The position numbers and the translations under genes are program-made. DNA of 64,000 bases. It comes from Dehalococcoidia bacterium. Lineage in GTDB: Bacteria > Chloroflexota > Dehalococcoidia > Plut-88900. Location: NCBI GenBank assembly GCA_965249275.1, contig CBDFLQ010000005.1, positions 416,001 to 480,000 of the forward strand. The letters are read 5' to 3'. A model generated the notes under the pieces. That model saw only the letters and a list, made by a program, of their open reading frames with translations, did no database searches and was not told the DNA's origin. Positions 32,249 to 42,206 of the stretch are shown here, piece after piece. Within the stretch, counting starts at the first letter, position 1. Each line of letters begins with the position of its first letter.

Positions 32249-33493
32249 ATGATGCATCTCCTCCGCAGGCCCACCGACTCCCCCACCTACGCCTGGGTGG
32301 TTATCGGCACGTTCCTCGCCAACTATTCTCTCGTCGACATTGCTGCCCTGACTATCGGTCTTCTCCTCCCCTCCATATCGGACGAGATGGACCTGAGCGG
32401 TACTCAGCAGGGGCTCCTCTCTTCCGCGGTGGTAGTCGGCAACCTCGTCTTCGAAATTCCTGCCAACGCGTGGCTCTCTCGCTACCGGCCCTGGCGCGTG
32501 GCCAGCATCGCCTTTATCGCTTCAGCCTTCTTTACCGTCCTCAACGGCTGGTCCCCGAACTTCATCATCTTTCTGGCCATGCGGCTCCTCCTCGGCTTTG
32601 CCTATGTCGTCTGCAAGGTGCCCAGGACCCTCGTACTGCTCCAGTGGGTTTCCCGCCGACGCATTCCCCTGGCCAACGGGATAGTCTTCAGCGTTATCGA
32701 TAGCATGAGCGGGGTCGGGTTCATCGTAATCCCCATCGTCCTGGGTATCCTGGCGGATTGGCGGCTAACCCTCTATGTCTGGGCCGCCATCATCTTTGCC
32801 GCAGCCCTTGTCTGGCTGGTCCTCGGCAAGGACCGCTACACGCCCGAGTATCGGGCCGGCATCCAGTCCCAGGTCGGGACTCCGCTGACGGCCATGTTCA
32901 AGTATAAGGAGCCCTGGTTAATGGGGTTCGGCACCGGTGGCGCCATCGCCGCTCGGATCGGGTTCACCACCTTCTGGCCCACATTCACGCAGGACGTCTT
33001 TGCCATCTCTCTCACCTTCAGCGGTATCGTGATTGGCATGGTCTCCATTGCCAGCACCCCCGGCAAGCTCGCCGTTTCCATCATCCCGTCCCTGGTCAAA
33101 CATCCTTCAATGGTGCTCTTCGTCTGCGGCTTTCTCACTTGTGGGTCCTTTGTCGGCATGTTGTATACCGACTCCCTCGCCTTGCTCCTTTTCCTCGGCT
33201 TCATCAACGGCATCGGCTTCTGCTACTTCCCACTGATGGTGACCGAGCTTTACGAACTCCCGAACATCCGCCCCCGGGAGCTCACCGTCGCCGTGTCGGT
33301 GATGTTTACCCTCTTGTGGGTTGGCGGTTTTCTCGGGCCCCTGGTGGTCGGCGTCATCGCCGATGCCACCCAGGATCTCCGGTACGCCCTGTTCATAATC
33401 TCCTTCGGGAGCCTGAGCCTCAGCATCTCGGCGCTCCTTCTTTCAGCCTTCGGAAAGCGCACCCCGATTGACTTACACTCTGACCCTCCTTAG
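32249..33493 (+). CDS. MFS transporter (tandem paralog)
   Basis: Shares FE.P.N...SR.RPWR, GTPLT..F.YKEPW and FWPT motifs with the upstream gene. Confidence 0.85.
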   Translation: MMHLLRRPTDSPTYAWVVIGTFLANYSLVDIAALTIGLLLPSISDEMDLSGTQQGLLSSAVVVGNLVFEIPANAWLSRYRPWRVASIAFIASAFFTVLNGWSPNFIIFLAMRLLLGFAYVVCKVPRTLVLLQWVSRRRIPLANGIVFSVIDSMSGVGFIVIPIVLGILADWRLTLYVWAAIIFAAALVWLVLGKDRYTPEYRAGIQSQVGTPLTAMFKYKEPWLMGFGTGGAIAARIGFTTFWPTFTQDVFAISLTFSGIVIGMVSIASTPGKLAVSIIPSLVKHPSMVLFVCGFLTCGSFVGMLYTDSLALLLFLGFINGIGFCYFPLMVTELYELPNIRPRELTVAVSVMFTLLWVGGFLGPLVVGVIADATQDLRYALFIISFGSLSLSISALLLSAFGKRTPIDLHSDPP

Positions 33494-33538
33494 GATGAGC
33501 CGGTAATTACGCCCCGACCCTGGGGCAGGGGGTGCTAT

Positions 33539-34504
33539 ATGTCCACATCGGTTTCCCTAGGCAGCGGAGAGTTTACGTATGCGCCCCAAGAGGGCTGGGC
33601 GCAGCTTCCCGACGGCTGGTCTTTCAAGGAGTGCGCCGACGTCGCCGTAGACTCCAACGACCGCGTCTACGTCTTCAACCGCGGGGAACACCCCGTTATA
33701 GTTTTCGAAGCCGACGGCTCTTTTGTCGGGTCTTGGGGAGAGGGCGTCTTCACCACCGCTCACGGCATCACCTACGCCCCCAACGACACCATGTACATGG
33801 TCGACCAGAAGGACCACAGCGTACGACGATGCACCCTCGACGGACGCGTCGTGTCCACTATCGGCGTACCCCACGAGCCTTCCACCCGCTGGAGCGGCCA
33901 CGCCTTTAACGAACCCACCAAAGTGGCCGTTTCGCCCAAGAACGGAGACCTATTCATCTCCGACGGCTACGGCAACTCCCGCGTCCACAAGTACAGCCCC
34001 GACGGACGCCACCTGTTCTCATGGGGAGGCCCGGGTATCGACCCCGGGGAGTTCGTCATCCCCCACACCATCCTGGTAGACAACAACGACAATGTGATAG
34101 TCGGCGACCGGGAGTGCAACCGCGTCCAGATTTTCGATACAAAGGGCAAGCTGCAGCACATTTGGAAGAACATCTGGAAACCCGCGGGCATGGCCCTTGG
34201 CCCCGACGGCAACCTCTACATCGCCGAGCTCTGCGGAGACTCCTATTTCGCCGATGCACCAAACGTCGGCAACCGGGTCAGCGTCTACACCCTAGACGGG
34301 AAGCTTTTGGCCCGACTCGGAATGCCCACTCAGGGCGAGGGGCCCGGACAGTTCCTCGCTGCCCACGGCATCACCGTCGACTCCCGCGGGGACGTTTATG
34401 TCGCCGAGGTATCCTGGACAATGGTCGCCAGGCACTCTGAAAACCCCAGGGAGATGCGCAGCCTGCAAAAGCTGGTCAGGCAGTCCGGACCGGAGGTCGG
34501 CTAG
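33539..34504 (+). CDS. NHL-repeat beta-propeller (PAL-like) protein
   Basis: VAVDSNDRVYV, SDGYGNSRVHK, DRECNRVQIF, HGITVDSRGDVYVAE. Confidence 0.88.
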   Translation: MSTSVSLGSGEFTYAPQEGWAQLPDGWSFKECADVAVDSNDRVYVFNRGEHPVIVFEADGSFVGSWGEGVFTTAHGITYAPNDTMYMVDQKDHSVRRCTLDGRVVSTIGVPHEPSTRWSGHAFNEPTKVAVSPKNGDLFISDGYGNSRVHKYSPDGRHLFSWGGPGIDPGEFVIPHTILVDNNDNVIVGDRECNRVQIFDTKGKLQHIWKNIWKPAGMALGPDGNLYIAELCGDSYFADAPNVGNRVSVYTLDGKLLARLGMPTQGEGPGQFLAAHGITVDSRGDVYVAEVSWTMVARHSENPREMRSLQKLVRQSGPEVG

Positions 34505-34563
34505 GCTAGAATGGACCTCCACGTTTCCGCACTCCCCACCCCCCTCAAGGAAGAGAGAACGAC

Positions 34564-35313
34564 TTGGGACTCGTAATAATCGCGGTCATCATCATCCTTG
34601 TGGTCATGATAGTCCTGGTGTCGCGGAAGCAGGCGGGCAGGCCCGCGGTGCCCGGCTCAGGCAATGTCATATCGCAAATCAAGCCCCTGGAAAGATTCGC
34701 GAGAGTCAACATCGGCAACGCCTTCCATGTCGAGATCAAGGAGTCGACCCAGTTCAGTGTTTCTCTCTCCGCAGACGACAACGTGATCAACTTGGTCGAG
34801 GTTGAGAAAGAGGGAGATACCCTCCGCATCGGTCTCGAGGCCGGCGATTACAGCGACGTGACCCTCAGAGCCCGAATCACCATGCCCGAGTTGCTGGGCG
34901 TCATGCTCACAGGTGCAAGCCGTGCCACCCTGGAAGGTTTCGCATCCGCCAACAATCTCAGCATCAGCCTGTCGGGGGCCAGCGTTTTGGAGGGGTACGT
35001 CGAGGCCCGGGAGGCCGACCTCCGCATCAACGGCGCAAGCAAGCTCACTCTTGCCGGTTCCGCCGACAACCTCCTGGTCCGCGCATCGGGCGCCAGTGTC
35101 CTGGAACTCCGGCACTTCTCCATCGACCGCGCCTCCGTGGTACTCAATGGCGCAAGCCAGGCCGCCGTAAACGTGCGCGGCTCCATAGAGAACGCCGAAC
35201 TCAGCGGCGCTTCCGTGCTCATCTACGATGGAGACCCGGGGCTGGGAGACATCCAGACCTCCGGCGCATCCAAGATCGAACCCCGGCAGAGCGAAGAAAT
35301 CCCTCACTCTTGA
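34564..35313 (+). CDS. DUF2807/GIN-domain protein with N-terminal membrane anchor
   Basis: GSGNV, ADDNVI and repeated (L/S)xGAS beta-solenoid motifs. Confidence 0.8.
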   Translation: MGLVIIAVIIILVVMIVLVSRKQAGRPAVPGSGNVISQIKPLERFARVNIGNAFHVEIKESTQFSVSLSADDNVINLVEVEKEGDTLRIGLEAGDYSDVTLRARITMPELLGVMLTGASRATLEGFASANNLSISLSGASVLEGYVEAREADLRINGASKLTLAGSADNLLVRASGASVLELRHFSIDRASVVLNGASQAAVNVRGSIENAELSGASVLIYDGDPGLGDIQTSGASKIEPRQSEEIPHS

Positions 35314-35329
35314 GTAGGCCGTAGGGAAT

Positions 35330-35563
35330 ATGCTCTACAGAAGCCGAACAAACCGCAAGATCTGGGGTGTCGCCGGAGGTCTCGGCGAATATTTCGGCAC
35401 CGACCCGGCCACCGTTCGAACCATATTCCTCGTCTTCCTCCTGATGGCGGGATTCTCTGTCATTCTCTACCTATTCCTGGCCGTGATGATGCCCCTGGCC
35501 CCGGAACCCACCCCCGACTCTCCGGAACCCGAGGAAAGCGGGCCCCATCCTTGCGATGCCTAG
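35330..35563 (+). CDS. PspC-domain protein
   Basis: LYRSRTNRKIWGVAGGLGEYFGTDPATVR followed by a TM helix with Y...MP. Confidence 0.88.
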   Translation: MLYRSRTNRKIWGVAGGLGEYFGTDPATVRTIFLVFLLMAGFSVILYLFLAVMMPLAPEPTPDSPEPEESGPHPCDA

Positions 35564-35575
35564 CCCGCACCCGGC

Positions 35576-37087
35576 ATGCCCTCGCTAGCCCTCCCCAGCC
35601 CGGCTCGAGCCGTAGTCGAAAGCCCTCATTACAAGTGGTGGGTATACGCCGCGGTTGCCCTCGGCACCTACTTCACCGTGGTGGACCAGACCGGCATTAA
35701 CATCGCCCTGCCCTTCATCTCCGACCAGTTCGGTCTCGACATCCCAACCGTCCAGTGGACACTCCTCGCTTACGTCCTCACCACTGCAATCATGTTCATG
35801 CCCGTCGGCCGCCTCGCCGACATCATCGGGCGCAAGAACGTTTTTCTAATTGGCTTGAGCATCAACATCATCGGTGCGGCCATTGCAGGCACGGCGACTA
35901 TCTTCCCGATAATCGTACTCGGCAAAGTGATACAGGGGATTGGCGTCGCTGGCATCCAGGGCAACGGAATGGCTATCATCGCTTCCAATTTCCCGGATAG
36001 CGAGCGCGGCAAGTCCATAGGTCTCTACACAGCCATCATAGGATCGGGGCTCACGTCGGGGCCCATAATCGGCGGCTTCCTCGTCCACTGGTTAAGCTGG
36101 AGGGCGGTATTCCTGGCAAACGTTCCAGTGGGAGTGCTTGCCATTGGCCTCGCCCTCCTGACCTTCAAGCCCATGGTCTCCGGAGCCGGGGGCGCGTCCG
36201 GGTTGCGCACCTTTGACTGGCGTGGCGCAGCCCTGTCCGCAGGGGCATTTGTAGGCTTCCTCATGGCCATGAGCAACGGGCACCGATTCGGTTGGAGCTC
36301 GACTCCCATCCTGGTCAGCTTTGCGGCGGCGGGTGTGCTGTTCGCGGCCTTTATCTGGTGGCAGTTGAAGGCCACCTACCCGATGCTCGATCTCAGTCTC
36401 TTCAGAAGCAAGGTCATGGCCATGGCCGTCTCGGCCCGGACGCTCAACTTCCTGGCAACCTCCTCCGTGGCATTCCTCATGCCCTTCTACATCATCAACG
36501 TCATGGGCTACTCACCGGACCGGGTCGGCCTGCTGCTGGCCCCCGGCGCCCTGTGTATGGGCGTAATAGGTCCTTTCAGCGGCTACCTGTCGGACCGCTT
36601 CGGCAGCCGTATAACCGCCACCATTGGCCAGGGCTTCGAGGCCTCCGCCCTTTTCTCCCTGTCCCAGCTTTCTCCCGACTCCTCCCCGGGCTACGTGCTC
36701 ATGTGCCTTGTGCTGGCCGGCATAGGCGCAGGGTTCTTCAATGCCTCGAACGGCACGGCCATCATGAGCTATCAGGACCCGTCCAAGTTCGGAATAGTGG
36801 CGGCCCTGCTCAACGTCATCCGCACTTCCGCCAACATCACCGGCATCGCCGTCGGTACAACCATAGTGACTATCATCATGGCTTCCCACGGCCACGAACC
36901 GAAGCTCCCGCTCACTACAGGCGACGCGTCACCGGCAATCAACAGCGCCTTCGTCTCGGGCCTCAACCTGACCTACCTCATCGCTGGCAGCCTGCTCCTG
37001 GTATCGATTGTCCTGTCCGCCCTCCACGGCTCGGCCCGCAGGGAAGTTGCTATTGGAGGAAAGTCGCCAGCCCGCACCCGCCGGTGA
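35576..37087 (+). CDS. DHA2 (14-TM) MFS transporter
   Basis: VDQTGINIALP, GRLADIIGRK, GPIIGG, WRAVFLANVP, PMLDLSLF. Confidence 0.9.
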   Translation: MPSLALPSPARAVVESPHYKWWVYAAVALGTYFTVVDQTGINIALPFISDQFGLDIPTVQWTLLAYVLTTAIMFMPVGRLADIIGRKNVFLIGLSINIIGAAIAGTATIFPIIVLGKVIQGIGVAGIQGNGMAIIASNFPDSERGKSIGLYTAIIGSGLTSGPIIGGFLVHWLSWRAVFLANVPVGVLAIGLALLTFKPMVSGAGGASGLRTFDWRGAALSAGAFVGFLMAMSNGHRFGWSSTPILVSFAAAGVLFAAFIWWQLKATYPMLDLSLFRSKVMAMAVSARTLNFLATSSVAFLMPFYIINVMGYSPDRVGLLLAPGALCMGVIGPFSGYLSDRFGSRITATIGQGFEASALFSLSQLSPDSSPGYVLMCLVLAGIGAGFFNASNGTAIMSYQDPSKFGIVAALLNVIRTSANITGIAVGTTIVTIIMASHGHEPKLPLTTGDASPAINSAFVSGLNLTYLIAGSLLLVSIVLSALHGSARREVAIGGKSPARTRR

Positions 37088-37095
37088 CGGCCAGG

Positions 37096-37117
37096 AAAGC
37101 ACATTGTGCTTTACAAT
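37096..37117 (+). promoter_or_regulatory. Palindromic operator overlapping the -10 box of the antitoxin gene
   Basis: Perfect inverted repeat AAAGCACA-T-TGTGCTTT followed by TACAAT. Confidence 0.6.
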
Positions 37118-37138
37118 ACCGTCGGAGAACGGAGACAA

Positions 37139-37429
37139 ATGACTACCCCAAACTCTGAATACGGAATGGAAGAGATCCCTATCGCCAAAGCACGTGAGAT
37201 GCTCTCCCGACTGCCGGAGTTACTGCTCGCCGAGAATCGGGCAGTGGCGCTCACGCGGCACGGCAAGCCCGTGATGGCCATGATGTCGTGGGACCTATTC
37301 GAGTCCATAACGGAGACCATGGACATCATGGGCGACCCCGACTTGATGACCGCGCTCCGTCAAAGCATAGAGGATGCGCGCGCAGGACGTTTCATCTCCC
37401 TGGAACAGGTCAAAAACGAACTGGTCTAA
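37139..37429 (+). CDS. Phd/YefM-family antitoxin (orphan)
   Basis: IPIAKARE...LTRHGKPVMAMMS...ETMDIMGDPDLM; GGAGA RBS. Confidence 0.82.
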   Translation: MTTPNSEYGMEEIPIAKAREMLSRLPELLLAENRAVALTRHGKPVMAMMSWDLFESITETMDIMGDPDLMTALRQSIEDARAGRFISLEQVKNELV

Positions 37430-37480
37430 AGGCCACCCTGGCCCGGGCCTCGTGAAGAGTGGAGGTGCGCGGACTGGTGT

Positions 37481-38686
37481 CTAGCGCTTGTCTACCGCCA
37501 CCTCGCCGCGAGCGATCACGAGTTGTAGGCGGCGTAGGTTCTCGATGTTTTCCAGGGGATTGGTCTCGATGGCTATGAAGTCTGCGAACTTCCCGGGCTC
37601 GATGGTACCTAACTTGTCACCCGCTCCACAGACTTCCGCGGAGGTCTGGGTGGCCGCCACTATCGCACCGTAAGGCCCGAGCCCCACCTTAGATAGCATT
37701 TCCAGCTCCATTAGAGCAGCCTCGCCCGGAGGTCCCTGGTCCGAGCCGCTGGCTATCTTCACCCCCGCATTCAGCGCCATTCGGAAGGACTCATCGTGGG
37801 TGGGGGCAAAGAAGTTGGCCCGCTCCCGGAACTCCTCGGGAAGGGGATGGTGCTGACAGTATGCCGCGGCGGCATCGGAATCGGCTTGCTCGGGGGTCAG
37901 GTGGCTCAGGGCCAGGGTAGGAACGTAGTAGGTGCCGGTGTCGGCCATCATCTTGGCCGCTTCCTCATCCATCACGTAACCGTGCTCGATGGACCGGCAT
38001 CCGGCGTTGACGGCCCACTTTATGGCCTCGGGGACGGTGGCGTGGACGGCGGCGGGGATGCCCCGCTGCTTTGCGATGGTTAGCGCTGCCTCCATCTCCC
38101 CACGGAGCATCATGATGTTCGTCATCACGTCGTGCCCCGAGCCCATTATCCCCCCCGTGGTAACAAGCTTGATGTGGTTCACGTAGTGCATGATCTCGTT
38201 ACGCACGGCGTGAATGAAAGCGACCGGCCCGTCGATAGGCGTGTCCACGTCAGCCATGTGCCCGGCCGTAGTATTCAGGGCGTGACCGCCGCAGAAGAGC
38301 CGAGGCCCCTTGAACTGTCCGGCGGAGAAAGCATTCCTGAGCGCAACGTCGGCCCACTCCTGCACCCCGACGGTCCGCAGGGAGGTAACACCCATGTTTA
38401 GGGCATCCATACTGTTCCGGGCATATGCCAAGACCCGGGGAATGAGGTCGAGTGCGTCTTCCTCAACAGCCTCGTGGCCATAGGTGCCCTTGTTCAGGTG
38501 GGTGTGCACGTCCCACAGGCCCGGAAGCAGGTACGCCCCATCGAGGTCGACAACCTGGTCGGCGTCGGTAGCCGGGCCGGAGGTCACCTGCCGGATAACC
38601 CCATCTTCCACCAGAACGTTTCGCTCGGTGCGGACCTCGGGGGTGGTGGCGTCGATTATATTTACGTTTTTAAGCACCAGGCTCAT
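37481..38686 (-). CDS. Amidohydrolase (prolidase/imidazolonepropionase-like)
   Basis: PGLWDVHTH, IKLVTTGG, AVHA, SIEHG, GSD, GKFAD. Confidence 0.88.
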   Translation of the reverse strand: MSLVLKNVNIIDATTPEVRTERNVLVEDGVIRQVTSGPATDADQVVDLDGAYLLPGLWDVHTHLNKGTYGHEAVEEDALDLIPRVLAYARNSMDALNMGVTSLRTVGVQEWADVALRNAFSAGQFKGPRLFCGGHALNTTAGHMADVDTPIDGPVAFIHAVRNEIMHYVNHIKLVTTGGIMGSGHDVMTNIMMLRGEMEAALTIAKQRGIPAAVHATVPEAIKWAVNAGCRSIEHGYVMDEEAAKMMADTGTYYVPTLALSHLTPEQADSDAAAAYCQHHPLPEEFRERANFFAPTHDESFRMALNAGVKIASGSDQGPPGEAALMELEMLSKVGLGPYGAIVAATQTSAEVCGAGDKLGTIEPGKFADFIAIETNPLENIENLRRLQLVIARGEVAVDKR

Positions 38687-38814
38687 GGGAGATTCCTCCT
38701 GTGATGGGGTGAGTATAGCATCAAGTAGAGAGCCACTTATCCCCGCTCACGGAGCATAGGGTATACTTGCTCCATTCACCCCATTTCAGCTATGACCTGT
38801 TCTCAGGTACCGCC

Positions 38815-39924
38815 ATGAACGATCGCCTCGCAGCCGAAATAGAGCGTGTCCACTCTGACAAATCCATCCGGACCTTAGACGAAGCCAATGTCAAGCAGGG
38901 TGTCATATTACCTATCCTGAACGCCTTGGGTTGGAACCCTTTCAATACCAACGAAGTCCGGCCTGAATACCCTGTGCCAGGTGGTAATGTTGATTATGCC
39001 CTTCGCCTCGATGCGAAAAACAAAGTTTTCTTAGAGGCAAAACGGCCCAGTGAGGATATAAGTAAGCATCAAGTGCAACTTCTCAATTACTCATTCGCAG
39101 ATGGAGTGCCACTGGCGATCCTCACCAACGGCCTAGACTGGTGGTTCTACCTACCTCTCCGGGTAGGGAGTTGGGAAGAGAGGCGCTTCTGTAACATCGA
39201 TCTAAGGGATGGCGATATATCACCAAAAGTGGAGTTGCTAACACGATATCTCTCTAAAGTGCACATTGGTTCCGGGGAGGCAATTACATCGGCCGAAATG
39301 CACCTGGACATCGTGCTAGGTTTCAGGGAGGTAGAACGAGCCTTGCCCAGAGCGTGGGAACAGCTAATCACAGGTCCGGACGACATCCTTGTAGAGTTAC
39401 TGGACGAGAAAGTAGAGGCATTGTGCGGCCAGAGAGCCGGGCAGGACAGGGTAATCCGCTTTCTCGCCGACCTACCTTGGCACGCCTCTGAGTCCCTTGT
39501 TTCCCACATCCAGTCTAAACCCTCCCTGCCAAAGCGACAAACCCCTACAGTTCGTCACAAGATAATCGCTAGTTTCACCGGAGACCGATATACATGGGAG
39601 CACCGTAATTACACCTTCAAGAAGATCGCAAGTTTCACCTTCAAAGGCGAACCTTGTGCTTGTCGCTCATGGCCAGGAATGTTGGTTGCTCTGGCCGAGA
39701 TGATTTACCAGCGGCATCCCGAGGGATTCCACCAGGTGATTGAGAGCAGCAACCACTACTTTGGACGTAGTCAAGAAGGGATGGCCAACCCTAACCCCGT
39801 GGGCAACTCTGGCTACTATGTGGGAGTCGGATACAACACTAACACCATTTACAACCAAAGATGCCGCGACCTGCTACGCAAATTTGGCTACACCCAGCAA
39901 GACCTCGTCATAGAAACAATCTAG
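38815..39924 (+). CDS. HsdR_N-type PD-(D/E)xK nuclease fused to a C-terminal putative DNA-recognition domain
   Basis: EANVKQGVILPILNALGWN...EVRPEY...VDYAL...FLEAK...QL...ILTNG; no helicase motifs. Confidence 0.75.
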   Translation: MNDRLAAEIERVHSDKSIRTLDEANVKQGVILPILNALGWNPFNTNEVRPEYPVPGGNVDYALRLDAKNKVFLEAKRPSEDISKHQVQLLNYSFADGVPLAILTNGLDWWFYLPLRVGSWEERRFCNIDLRDGDISPKVELLTRYLSKVHIGSGEAITSAEMHLDIVLGFREVERALPRAWEQLITGPDDILVELLDEKVEALCGQRAGQDRVIRFLADLPWHASESLVSHIQSKPSLPKRQTPTVRHKIIASFTGDRYTWEHRNYTFKKIASFTFKGEPCACRSWPGMLVALAEMIYQRHPEGFHQVIESSNHYFGRSQEGMANPNPVGNSGYYVGVGYNTNTIYNQRCRDLLRKFGYTQQDLVIETI

Positions 39925-39948
39925 TCCCCCCAACTGGACCCCACCCCA

Positions 39949-40503
39949 ATGGTTGAAACCCGACCCGCAACCCTAACCTACGAAGACTACCTCAAGACCC
40001 CCGACGACGAGCGGTGGGAACTCCTCCGGGGAGAACTGATAATGGTACCTGGCCCCACCTTTGCCCACCAAAAGATCGCCGGACGCTTGTTCCTATTCCT
40101 GAACGCATTTGTAGAGGAGAAGGGACTTGGAGACGTCGTCTTTGCTCCCTTCGATGTAGTCCTCTCCCGCAACAATGTGTTGCAACCCGACCTCCTATTC
40201 GTCTCCAAGGACCAACAGTCCATCATCACCGACGCCAACATACAGGGCGCGCCCGCGTTGGTTGTAGAGGTCATCTCTCCGTCCACGGCAAGCAAGGACC
40301 GTGAATTGAAGCGGCGCATCTACGCAGAGCATGGCGTTAGCGAGTACTGGCTCGTTGACCCCGATGCCCGCGCCATATCTGTTATGTCATTACAGGATAA
40401 GGACTTCCGGGAAGTCGCTAATTACGGCGTTGGAGCAGTCCTGTCCTCCCCGACATTAGATGGCCTCGCACTTGATCTGACTCGCATTTTCCCGTCTGCC
40501 TAG
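39949..40503 (+). CDS. Uma2-family endonuclease
   Basis: ELLRGELIM.P, QPDL, LVVEVISPST...D...KRRIYA..GVSEYWLVDP. Confidence 0.9.
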   Translation: MVETRPATLTYEDYLKTPDDERWELLRGELIMVPGPTFAHQKIAGRLFLFLNAFVEEKGLGDVVFAPFDVVLSRNNVLQPDLLFVSKDQQSIITDANIQGAPALVVEVISPSTASKDRELKRRIYAEHGVSEYWLVDPDARAISVMSLQDKDFREVANYGVGAVLSSPTLDGLALDLTRIFPSA

Positions 40504-40685
40504 CCTGCCTCAGCCCTCAATCCGGCAAATGTGATGGGAGCCTCGCACCTCTAGTCCACTGTCGTTTCGCCTCATCTCTTTTTCCGTTTGCCCCCAAGCC
40601 CAGTGAGTTATCATTGTATTAAGGGGCTAAACGCCATACACGAAGCCCCTCCCTAAACAAAGTCCGGCATCCGGGAGCAAAAATC

Positions 40686-41666
40686 ATGGCCAATAACAAG
40701 AATCCTTACGACGTAGTGATAATCGGGCAGGGGGCCTCGGCCTTTGGGGCGGCGTTGTACTCGGCTCGGTACCAGATGAAGACCCTAGTCATCGGCGACG
40801 AGTTCGGGGGCGAGACCGCCACGGGCAGCATCATCGAAAACTACCCAGGCTACTCGCACATTGACGGGTTCGACCTGATGCTTGCGATGAAGAAGCAGGT
40901 CGAGGATCTTGAAGTCGAGATAGTTACCGACGAGGTCAAGGAGATTCAAAACGACGGCAACTGCTTTATCTCTACAGCCCACGAAGGCCAATACCAGAGT
41001 ACGGCGGTCATCCTTGCCGTGGGCCGGGAGCGCCGCAAGCTGGGCCTTTCCAACGAGTCGGACATGCTGGGGAAGGGCGTCTCCTACTGCTCGACCTGCG
41101 ACGCACCCCTATACCGAGACCAGACCGTGGCGGTGGTCGGGGCTGGAGACGCGGCGATAAAGGGAACGGTGCTGCTGGACAAGTACGCCTCTCGGGTGTA
41201 CCTGATATACCGCAAGGACAAGCTCACCCGCCCCGAGCCCGTAAACCTGGCGATGCTGGAAAGAGCCGAGAACGTGGTCCAGCTGGCCGGCACCAACGTC
41301 ACGGGGCTGCTGGGTGACGAGAAACTGGAGCGGCTGGCCCTGGACCAGCCCTATGACGGCGTAGGGGAGTTAGATGTGGACGGCCTGTTCATCGAGATCG
41401 GTGCAGACCCGAGGAACGCGTTGGCCAGATCCCTCGGCGTGATGATCAACTCCCAGGGCGAGATCATGGTCTCCAAGATGATGGAGACAACGGTGACGGG
41501 CGTGTTCGCCGCGGGTGACGTGACCGATGCCACCGGGGAGCTGAAGCAGACCATCACCTCGACGGCCCAGGGGGTTATCGCAGCGACCTCGGCGTACAGG
41601 TACGTGTCGGAGCACGGTAACATGTGCCAAATGCACGCCGCCGGTTTCGAGCTTGCCGCGGTGTAG
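40686..41666 (+). CDS. trxB: Thioredoxin reductase-like flavoprotein
   Basis: IENYPG, GVSYCSTCDA, GLFIEIG, GVFAAGDVT. Confidence 0.75.
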   Translation: MANNKNPYDVVIIGQGASAFGAALYSARYQMKTLVIGDEFGGETATGSIIENYPGYSHIDGFDLMLAMKKQVEDLEVEIVTDEVKEIQNDGNCFISTAHEGQYQSTAVILAVGRERRKLGLSNESDMLGKGVSYCSTCDAPLYRDQTVAVVGAGDAAIKGTVLLDKYASRVYLIYRKDKLTRPEPVNLAMLERAENVVQLAGTNVTGLLGDEKLERLALDQPYDGVGELDVDGLFIEIGADPRNALARSLGVMINSQGEIMVSKMMETTVTGVFAAGDVTDATGELKQTITSTAQGVIAATSAYRYVSEHGNMCQMHAAGFELAAV

Positions 41667-41737
41667 ACCGTCGCGGCTGGTCGTAGATATACTTCACCCT
41701 CCTAGATGCGATCTCCCTTACAGAAGGAGCCGACACT

Positions 41738-42202
41738 TTGCGAATAGCCATAGGTGCCGATCATGCCGGCCTGCCCCTCAAGCAGGAACTGGCCCCGTGG
41801 CTCGAGGCACAGGGCCACGAGTTGCTCGACTTCGGAGCCCATGACTTCCGCCCGGGAGACGATTACCCGGACTACGCGGAAGCCGTGGCCCGCGCCGTGG
41901 CGAAGGGAGAGGCCACGAGAGGGATCATGGTCTGCGGAAGTGGCGTTGGAGCGTGCGTCACCACCAACAAGGTGCGTGGAGTGCGAGCCTGCATGTGCCA
42001 TGACACCTACTCGGCGCACCAGGGCGTGGAGCATGACGACATGAACGTCCTGTGTCTTGGTGCAAGGATCATAGGTGGAGAGCTGGCGCGGGAGGTGGTT
42101 ACGGCCTTTCTCGGGGCGCAGTTCTCGGGGGAGGAGCGGCACAAGCGTCGGCTTAACAAGCTCCTAGCCGTGGAGAGAAACAACCTAGCTAAGGACGGCT
42201 GA
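41738..42202 (+). CDS. rpiB: Ribose-5-phosphate isomerase B
   Basis: IGADHAG, DDYPDYA, CGSGVG, NKVRGVRA, NVLCLG, RHKRR. Confidence 0.93.
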   Translation: MRIAIGADHAGLPLKQELAPWLEAQGHELLDFGAHDFRPGDDYPDYAEAVARAVAKGEATRGIMVCGSGVGACVTTNKVRGVRACMCHDTYSAHQGVEHDDMNVLCLGARIIGGELAREVVTAFLGAQFSGEERHKRRLNKLLAVERNNLAKDG

Positions 42203-42206
42203 AAAC

